NCBI GenBank assembly: GCA_024763015.1 | Contig: JANTGO010000001.1 | Span: 1-41,409 of the forward strand | Direction of reading: 5' to 3' | Source: Flavobacteriaceae bacterium | GTDB lineage: Bacteria > Bacteroidota > Bacteroidia > Flavobacteriales > Flavobacteriaceae | Length of the DNA stretch: 41,409 bases | Shown here: positions 35,425 through 41,409 of the stretch, one piece after another | How positions within the stretch are numbered: the first letter of the stretch is position 1 | How the letters are laid out: each line of letters opens with the position of its first letter | Notes under the pieces: generated by a model | Seen by the model: only the letters and a program-made list of their open reading frames with translations | Database searches by the model: none | What the model was told of the DNA's origin: nothing | Position numbers and translations under genes: made by a program

Positions 35425-37488
35425 CTAAAATCCGGCTTTTAAGAACAATCCAAATTGTAGTGGCTGTGCAGGTTCTGCAAAAGATTTGTTCAAAGTGGCA
35501 ACCCTAAAATAATAACGATTATAGGAAGCATTTGTTAGGTTTTTACCCCAAATTCCCAAACTAAAATGTTTCATATTTACCGTAATATTTGTGTTTAATA
35601 AAGCATAAGGTTTTTGATAAGCCAAGTTGTCTACATCCCAATAAAATTTCCCGAAATATTTGTAATCTGCGTGAAATACCAATGATTTAATACCAAATTT
35701 TTGTAAAAAGTAATTGTAGTTTGCAGCCAAACCGGTTGTATATTCAGGTACCAAAGGTAATTTGTTAAGACTGTAATCTGTAGTGTTGTTTTTTTTGTAA
35801 TCAAGGAATTTTGCATTGGTATAACCAAAGGCAAGACCAAAATTAAGATTTTTATTCAACTTGTAAGCAGATTCAAATTCGACACCTTTACTTTCTGATC
35901 TTCCGGCATTTTTTGTCATGACACCACGTCCGCTTGGAACAGATTGGATGACTTGTTGCGATTTCCAATCGATATAGAACACATCGAAATTTGCAGTGAG
36001 TTTTCTATCAAAAAAACGGGTCTTTATCCCTGCTTCATAATTCCAACTGTACTCCGGATCGAAGGTTTCATCTTCGGGCCTTTCTATTGTAGCATTAAAT
36101 CCACCTGCTTTATAGCCTTTGGTTGCAGAAGTGTAAGTCGTAATATTATCAGTAGGCGCATAGCTAATGCTAAATTTAGGTAATACCTGTGTAAAATCTA
36201 AATGGTGTGTAAAATCATCTTTGTGTGTGATGTGATTATGCATTTTTAAATCGTAGTTGTAGGTCATTCTGGAGCTTTCCATATCATATCTTATACCTGA
36301 AGAAAGTACAAATTTACCAATAGGATAATCTATTTGCCCAAACATAGCACCACCACTGATTTGTTGGTCGTAATCTTTTAAAATTCTCATTGCGTAATGC
36401 GGTGTTGTGATGTCTGCAACAACACTCTTTGGCAAACTTCTTTGGAAGGAAAATAGACCAGCAATCCACTTTATCTTGGCATTGCGTTTCGATTTGAAAT
36501 TCAATTCCTGCACACCTGTTTGGTTGTTTCTGGCCATATCGACAAAATATATCGGTTGCGGTGTAAAATCTTGGTCTAGGGCGTAGTCATCTTTGAGTTT
36601 TTGGTAACTGGAAGATATGCTCACATCAAACAAGTGCGCTTTGTAATTGAGATTAAATCCAGATGACAAGAAATTTCTGTCATACTTACCGGGATCATTA
36701 TAGTTTATTTCACCCGTTTGCTGGGTTTCGGTATTGTAAAGTGCATAAGGGAAACCATATTGATTACTTTTTTCAAAGTTTAATAGAAATTTTAGATTTA
36801 CCCTGTCATTAATTTTATATTTACTTTTAAATCTACCGGCATAAGTGTCTAATTTATCGACTTTTGATTGATCAAAAGCATTGGTAAAAAAACCATCTTT
36901 ATGGGTATAAGCAGCATTAGAAATGATGGCAAGTTTTGAACTAATGGGCAGATTATAACCGGCTACTGCTTTTATCTGATTGTAGTTGCCATAGTCCAGT
37001 TTTAAACTTCCTTTGTTTTTCCATGCAGGATCTTCTGTATATACTTTTATGAGCCCGCCCATTGTATTCCTGCCATAAAGCGTACCTTGTGGACCGCGCA
37101 AGACTTCTATTTTTTTAATGTCAAAAAGTTCAAAATTTACAGCGCCATTGTCAAAATAGGGGATGTCATCTACATACACACCGACTGAAGGTTCTCCCTT
37201 GCTGACACCGATGCCTCTGATATAAATGTAAGTATTTAAACGCGTGCCATGTTCGGGCATAAATAAATTAGGGACAAATGCATTTAATTTGGTTAGATTG
37301 TCAAGTTTTAAGCGATCTACTTTTTTAGCCGTTACGGCTGAGGCTGCAATTGGAATGTTTTGTAGCTTGGTATTGTTTTTACTTGCATCGATAATGACTT
37401 CATCAATTTTAATCGTATCATTTTTTTGTATTTGCCCAAAACTTGATGCGCTAAGAAACACGAAGAAAAGTGCATAAATTTTTTTCAT
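35425..37488 (-). CDS. TonB-dependent outer-membrane receptor (iron-chelate type)
   Basis: Signal peptide, TonB-box-like DTIKIDEVII, plug block VLRGPQGTLYGRNTMGG, C-terminal aromatic residue (LKAGF). No FRAP or NPNL heme-receptor boxes seen. Confidence 0.85.
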   Translation of the reverse strand: MKKIYALFFVFLSASSFGQIQKNDTIKIDEVIIDASKNNTKLQNIPIAASAVTAKKVDRLKLDNLTKLNAFVPNLFMPEHGTRLNTYIYIRGIGVSKGEPSVGVYVDDIPYFDNGAVNFELFDIKKIEVLRGPQGTLYGRNTMGGLIKVYTEDPAWKNKGSLKLDYGNYNQIKAVAGYNLPISSKLAIISNAAYTHKDGFFTNAFDQSKVDKLDTYAGRFKSKYKINDRVNLKFLLNFEKSNQYGFPYALYNTETQQTGEINYNDPGKYDRNFLSSGFNLNYKAHLFDVSISSSYQKLKDDYALDQDFTPQPIYFVDMARNNQTGVQELNFKSKRNAKIKWIAGLFSFQRSLPKSVVADITTPHYAMRILKDYDQQISGGAMFGQIDYPIGKFVLSSGIRYDMESSRMTYNYDLKMHNHITHKDDFTHHLDFTQVLPKFSISYAPTDNITTYTSATKGYKAGGFNATIERPEDETFDPEYSWNYEAGIKTRFFDRKLTANFDVFYIDWKSQQVIQSVPSGRGVMTKNAGRSESKGVEFESAYKLNKNLNFGLAFGYTNAKFLDYKKNNTTDYSLNKLPLVPEYTTGLAANYNYFLQKFGIKSLVFHADYKYFGKFYWDVDNLAYQKPYALLNTNITVNMKHFSLGIWGKNLTNASYNRYYFRVATLNKSFAEPAQPLQFGLFLKAGF

Positions 37489-37522
37489 TTTCCTATAATT
37501 TTTACCATTGTTTTTATTGGGG

Positions 37523-37530
37523 CAAATCTA
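37523..37530 (-). promoter_or_regulatory. -7 box TAGATTTG upstream of the TonB-receptor/MFS/hemN/hemH operon
   Basis: Reverse complement of CAAATCTA, 34 nt before ATG 37488. Confidence 0.45.
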
Positions 37531-37548
37531 TAAACTTGAGTTGGTAAA

Positions 37549-37578
37549 AAATGTCGCAAAAAGAATTATTAATGTCGC
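37549..37578. repeat. Copy A of a 22-nt direct repeat (AAATGTCGCAAAAAGAATTATT), immediately followed by a second AATGTCGC half-site
   Basis: AATGTCGC occurs at 37550-37557 and 37571-37578, 21 nt apart. It lies 19 nt beyond the predicted -7 box of the receptor operon. Confidence 0.7.
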
Positions 37579-37707
37579 TAAATATTAAAAATACTATTTG
37601 GTCTTTTTGAGCAAAATAGAAAATCCATTTAAATTTTTGTATTTATTGAAGGAGATAAATCTGCATAAGATTTGTTATTAGCAAAAACCTTATGCTTTGT
37701 AAAATAT

Positions 37708-37729
37708 AAATATCGCAAAAAGAATTATT
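37708..37729. repeat. Copy B of the 22-nt direct repeat (AAATATCGCAAAAAGAATTATT)
   Basis: 21/22 identity to copy A, offset 159 nt. Overlaps the stop codon and last codon of hemY (plus-strand TTA at 37725-37727). Confidence 0.7.
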
Positions 37730-39083
37730 CGGGAGATTGGTTTTTAGAAATAATGTCGTGGACAATGCTTGAAGCTTGTTTGATTCTGTCTGCAATGCCG
37801 ACGCCGTCCCGAATGCTTCCGGCTAAGGTGATTCCCGGATAATTTGTTTCAATTTTGTTAATATCAATGAGTCTTTGTTCACTTTTTATATCATATTGTG
37901 CAATGGCTTTTTGGTAGTAAGTCAATTCGAACAAGTCGGGTTTGAAATCAGGTATTTGAAGCATTTCGGTTACATCTTTTGCTATGATTTTTTTTAATTT
38001 CTTACTTGATAATTCGGCGAGTTGTTCGTGTTGTGTGCCGCCTACAAAAATATTAAGAAGGGCACCATTTTGTGGGGCTCTGTTTTTAAAAATGCTTGAC
38101 ATAAACAATATTCCCAAAATATTTTTGTGCTCTTTGGTGGGAATAAGACCACCAAAAGCATCGAGATGTATTCCCTTCCAATTTTTAAATCCTATGGCTG
38201 CGCCAACTACCTTGGCATATTTTGTATTTGTAATATTTTGCCATTCTTTTTTTTCAATAAAAGGGAAAATATCCGGAAGATTGTCAGCATGTATTGTACT
38301 GATAACATTTGTGAAAATTTCGTCTTGAATACAATATTGTTTTTCATTTTGTTGGACGTTTAGCGCACCACAAGAAAGGATTATATTTTCTTTGCCAATA
38401 ATACTTTTCAGGGTTTTTGGGAGACTTGACAAGCCTTTTTTAAATGAAAAAATATCTTTGGTCAGTCTTTTTTCATCAGCTGTTTTGGGCTCTTTAGCTT
38501 TTTTAAAGGCACCTTTGATAAAACTGCCGTAATCTTGTTCTAATCGGTAGAGTTTTGGAAGTGCAAACCTTGGAATAAGTTCATGGGCATTTCCTGCATA
38601 AATTCCTGATACAAAAGGATCTACGGCATAATCTAAAAAACTTTTCCCCAACCTTCTTTTGACCATTTCCGCAAGATTTTCATTAGGATTGTTCCCTTTT
38701 TTTACAAAAGCTTCTCTAAGTACTTTTAACTTGTCAGAAAAACTAAATAAAGGTGTTTTAATGGCAGAAATAATTCCTGACGGAAGGGCGTGCCATTGAT
38801 TGTTTTTCCAGATTAACCTTTTTTTTGCGAACGCATTTCCTATTTCAATTGATAGATTTTGATCGGATAGTTCATCGATGAGATGCAAGAGCTCAAGGTT
38901 TGACAAAACACCGCTGTTTGGCCCTTTTTCGTATAAAAAGCCATCTTTCTCAATACTTTGAATCACGCCACCAACTTGGGGTGATTTTTCAAAGATTTTA
39001 AAAGGGATATTGTTTTTTTTAAGGTAATAAGCTATGGTTAATCCTGTTATACCTGCGCCAATAATCGCAACATTTTGTTTCAT
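37725..39083 (-). CDS. hemY: FAD-dependent protoporphyrinogen oxidase (HemY/PPOX type)
   Basis: N-terminal VAIIGAGITGLT ... FEKSPQVGGV dinucleotide fold, about 450 aa, C-terminal GSIRDGVGI. Start moved to ATG 39083. Confidence 0.75.
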   Translation of the reverse strand: MKQNVAIIGAGITGLTIAYYLKKNNIPFKIFEKSPQVGGVIQSIEKDGFLYEKGPNSGVLSNLELLHLIDELSDQNLSIEIGNAFAKKRLIWKNNQWHALPSGIISAIKTPLFSFSDKLKVLREAFVKKGNNPNENLAEMVKRRLGKSFLDYAVDPFVSGIYAGNAHELIPRFALPKLYRLEQDYGSFIKGAFKKAKEPKTADEKRLTKDIFSFKKGLSSLPKTLKSIIGKENIILSCGALNVQQNEKQYCIQDEIFTNVISTIHADNLPDIFPFIEKKEWQNITNTKYAKVVGAAIGFKNWKGIHLDAFGGLIPTKEHKNILGILFMSSIFKNRAPQNGALLNIFVGGTQHEQLAELSSKKLKKIIAKDVTEMLQIPDFKPDLFELTYYQKAIAQYDIKSEQRLIDINKIETNYPGITLAGSIRDGVGIADRIKQASSIVHDIISKNQSPE

Positions 39084-39105
39084 AAAATACAAAATTTAGT
39101 GAACG

Positions 39106-39113
39106 CAAAATTA
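39106..39113 (-). promoter_or_regulatory. -7 box TAATTTTG upstream of hemY
   Basis: Reverse complement of CAAAATTA, 22 nt before ATG 39083. Confidence 0.45.
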
Positions 39114-39162
39114 CTATATATTATCGGATAAAAAAGAAATTGTAATGTTTTTGAGATAAAAA

Positions 39163-40038
39163 TTAAATATTTTCTAACGCATCATTAGCATATTTTTGTC
39201 CAATCTGAATGACTTTTTCAGCTTTTAAAAAGTCAAATGTACCACAAGTTTTTCTAGGAATATTTATTAATATGTCCGGTTTATAAGTGGCAATAGTGTT
39301 TTGAGATATCCGTGAGAGCATCATATGTAAGCTTTCATCAAGAATCTTGTAATAGCTTAATTTTTTTCTACCGTTGGGGGCTTTAGTAATATATTTAGAT
39401 AAGTGTAAGTTAATAATTTTCAATCTGTTTTTTTCTGTTTGTTTCGATTTATTTACTTGTAAAATTTTTAAATCATTTTTGTCGAGTTCTTTTTCGGCAT
39501 TGGCACAAACGGCTATAATAAGATTGTTTGAATTCTTTTGAATATGATTAATTGGGATATTATTGACAACGCCTCCATCTACTAAAATTGATTTTTTGTA
39601 GGTAACCGGTGTAAAAACAGAGGGAATTGAAATACTGGCACGGACTGCTTCCAAAATATTCCCTTTTGTAAAGACTTGTTCATTTGAGCTTGTTAAATTG
39701 GTAGCAATGGCGGTAAAGGGGATCTCAAAATCTTCAATATTTTTATGGATTAAAAAACTTTGGATTTTTTTCATAATCTTATCGCCCTTAATCAAACCGG
39801 GTTCTTTGATTGAAAAGTCTATTAGTTTTATGATTTCTTTTATATCAGTTTTGGTCAACCAGTCTGTGTAAGCATCTAAACTGCCATCAGCATATAATGC
39901 ACCTACCAAAGCACCCATAGAAGTGCCTGCAACGGCATCAATTATATATCCCTGTTTCTCCAAAACTTTTATCACACCGATATGAGCGATTCCTCTTGCG
40001 CCCCCTCCGGAAAGTACTAAAGAAATATGCTTTTCCAT
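39163..40038 (-). CDS. Patatin-like phospholipase
   Basis: Oxyanion GGGARG, nucleophile GTSMG (GxSxG), catalytic Asp in VDGG. Confidence 0.85.
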   Translation of the reverse strand: MEKHISLVLSGGGARGIAHIGVIKVLEKQGYIIDAVAGTSMGALVGALYADGSLDAYTDWLTKTDIKEIIKLIDFSIKEPGLIKGDKIMKKIQSFLIHKNIEDFEIPFTAIATNLTSSNEQVFTKGNILEAVRASISIPSVFTPVTYKKSILVDGGVVNNIPINHIQKNSNNLIIAVCANAEKELDKNDLKILQVNKSKQTEKNRLKIINLHLSKYITKAPNGRKKLSYYKILDESLHMMLSRISQNTIATYKPDILINIPRKTCGTFDFLKAEKVIQIGQKYANDALENI

Positions 40039-40041
40039 TGG

Positions 40042-41409
40042 TTAATTTGTCTTTTTTCTGACTAAATATAGTCCCAGAAATGTAATGGCGGCATTAATGA
40101 GTAGCAATTCAAAACTAAATTGATATTTCCATCCCATCCAATTCGGAAAAATGGACACTAAATATGTCAGAATTGGTGAAATTATAACGATAATTGGGAC
40201 AAATTTATCCTTAATTTTATATTTTGTAAATAATCCAAAAGTAAATAAACCCAGTAGTGGGCCATAAGTGTAGCCGGCAAATTTGAAAATGGAATTAATA
40301 ATACTTTTATCTGTGATAATTTCTTTATAAAGAACCAAAATAAATATAAAAAACAATGAAATACCGACGTGTACCATTTTTCGAACGCGTTTTTGCTTGG
40401 CAGCACTATATTTTTTATCGATTTGTAATATATCCAAACTAAAAGACGTGGTAATGGCTGTCATCGAAGAGTCTGCACTAGAGTAGGCGGCTGCAATTAA
40501 CCCCAACACAAAAAAGACAGCGGCAGCAATGCCCAAATCTGTTTTAACGGCTATGTACGGAAAAATTTTGTCGCCGGTAATATTCATTGATTTTAAATCG
40601 ATATGATTGTGGGTAGCATACATAAGTAGCAAGACGCCCAAAGACAAAAATAGCAGGTTGACAAAAAACAGCGCGATGGAAAACCAGTACATATTTTTTT
40701 TAGAATCTTTTAGGTTTTTAACCGTTAGATTTTTTTGCATCATTCCTTGATCCAATCCGGTCATGGCTATGGCGATAAAAATACCGGCCAAAAATTGTTT
40801 CCAAAAATAATTGCCCGCATTGTAATCTTCAAAGAAGAAAATTCTGGAATAGGGACTTGTTTTTACACTCCGGTAAATCTCCCCTAACGACAAGTGCATA
40901 TTTTGTGCTATTAGATAAATCGATATCACAAGCGCAATCAACATAAAAGCTGTTTGCAAAGTATCTGTCCAAATTATCGTTTTGATACCGCCTTTAAAAG
41001 TATAAACCCATATCAGAATGATGGTAATGCTAACAGTTGCCCAGAAAGGAACGCCTAATTCGTCAAAAATAAGCAGTTGCATAACGCCGGCTACTAAAAA
41101 CAGGCGCAAGGAAGCACCGGCTATACGCGCTACCAAAAATAAAACGGAGCCGGTTTTGTGTGTGGTAGTGCCAAATCGGTCTTCTAAATATTGATAAATT
41201 GAGGTAAGGTTCATTCTATAATATAAAGGAAGGAGGACATTGGCAATAACAAAATATCCGACTACAAATCCCATGACCATTTGCAGGTAAGCAAAACTTT
41301 TTGTCTCAACCCAACCCGGTACCGAAATAAATGTAATGCCTGATAAGGAAGCACCTATCATTCCAAAGGCAACCAAGTACCAAGGCGCTTCGCGTTTGGC
41401 TCTAAAAAA
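40042..41409 (-). CDS. Sodium:solute symporter family transporter; 5' end outside window
   Basis: The frame stays open to base 41409 (FFRAKREAPWYLVAFGMIGASLSGITFISVPG is a typical SSF N-terminal region). Polytopic. Confidence 0.75.
   Translation of the reverse strand, partial: FFRAKREAPWYLVAFGMIGASLSGITFISVPGWVETKSFAYLQMVMGFVVGYFVIANVLLPLYYRMNLTSIYQYLEDRFGTTTHKTGSVLFLVARIAGASLRLFLVAGVMQLLIFDELGVPFWATVSITIILIWVYTFKGGIKTIIWTDTLQTAFMLIALVISIYLIAQNMHLSLGEIYRSVKTSPYSRIFFFEDYNAGNYFWKQFLAGIFIAIAMTGLDQGMMQKNLTVKNLKDSKKNMYWFSIALFFVNLLFLSLGVLLLMYATHNHIDLKSMNITGDKIFPYIAVKTDLGIAAAVFFVLGLIAAAYSSADSSMTAITTSFSLDILQIDKKYSAAKQKRVRKMVHVGISLFFIFILVLYKEIITDKSIINSIFKFAGYTYGPLLGLFTFGLFTKYKIKDKFVPIIVIISPILTYLVSIFPNWMGWKYQFSFELLLINAAITFLGLYLVRKKTN

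Noticed and set aside
37549-37600. Fur box upstream of the TonB-dependent receptor.
   Set aside because: AAGAATTATTAATG is AT-rich but aligns poorly with the classical GATAATGATAATCATTATC palindrome. I cannot support a Fur call by eye.
37663-37695. GCATAAG / CTTATGC hairpin downstream of hemY, considered as a terminator.
   Set aside because: The stem is only 7 bp with a 19-nt loop and no U-run on the minus strand. At best it is a weak terminator, so it is not listed as a feature.
39163-40038. Patatin-like phospholipase, considered as a CBASS-type or other defence effector.
   Set aside because: No cyclase, sensor or other defence partner is adjacent. The neighbours are hemY and a solute symporter. 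It looks like the housekeeping RssA-type patatin.
1-41409. Scan for tRNA, rRNA, tmRNA, RNase P, CRISPR arrays, IS elements, integrases and prophage genes.
   Set aside because: I saw no T-loop or GGTTCGAAT-type sequences, no GAGGAAAGTCC-type RNase P core, no regularly spaced repeats, and no transposase- or integrase-like ORFs. Absence by eye is not proof, and a covariance-model scan is advisable.

Overview
AT-rich chromosomal segment with Bacteroidota/Flavobacteriia hallmarks: a T9SS C-terminal sorting domain, DUF1573, a BatA_N protein, a long NusB, and TAnnTTTG -7 boxes ahead of most start codons. I call 36 tightly packed protein-coding genes, two of them running off the window ends. Nearly all are housekeeping. 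They include prmC, prmA, clpS, nusB, fabI, etfBA with a long acyl-CoA dehydrogenase, lpxK, purine nucleoside phosphorylase, crcB, a cysteine-synthase-family enzyme, hemY/hemN/hemH, a Pif1/RecD-like helicase and a MutS paralog. I found no tRNA, rRNA, CRISPR array, transposase, integrase or phage-like gene, and no recognisable defence island. I cannot honestly point to an obviously new multi-gene system. The best leads, in order: (1) a tight TonB-dependent receptor / AmpG-RhtX-like MFS permease / hemN / hemH operon. (2) A 22-nt near-perfect direct repeat with a reiterated AATGTCGC half-site in the control region of that operon. (3) A MutS paralog with four predicted membrane helices. (4) A FixAB-type ETF beside a long acyl-CoA dehydrogenase. 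(5) A translationally coupled LemA-DUF3137 pair with a stand-alone CZB zinc-sensor protein downstream on the opposite strand. (6) A 406-bp non-coding gap upstream of a LolD-like ATPase. Several ORF-track starts are over-extended, and I corrected them using internal ATGs that sit behind -7 boxes. All family calls come from motif recognition by eye, with no database searches.
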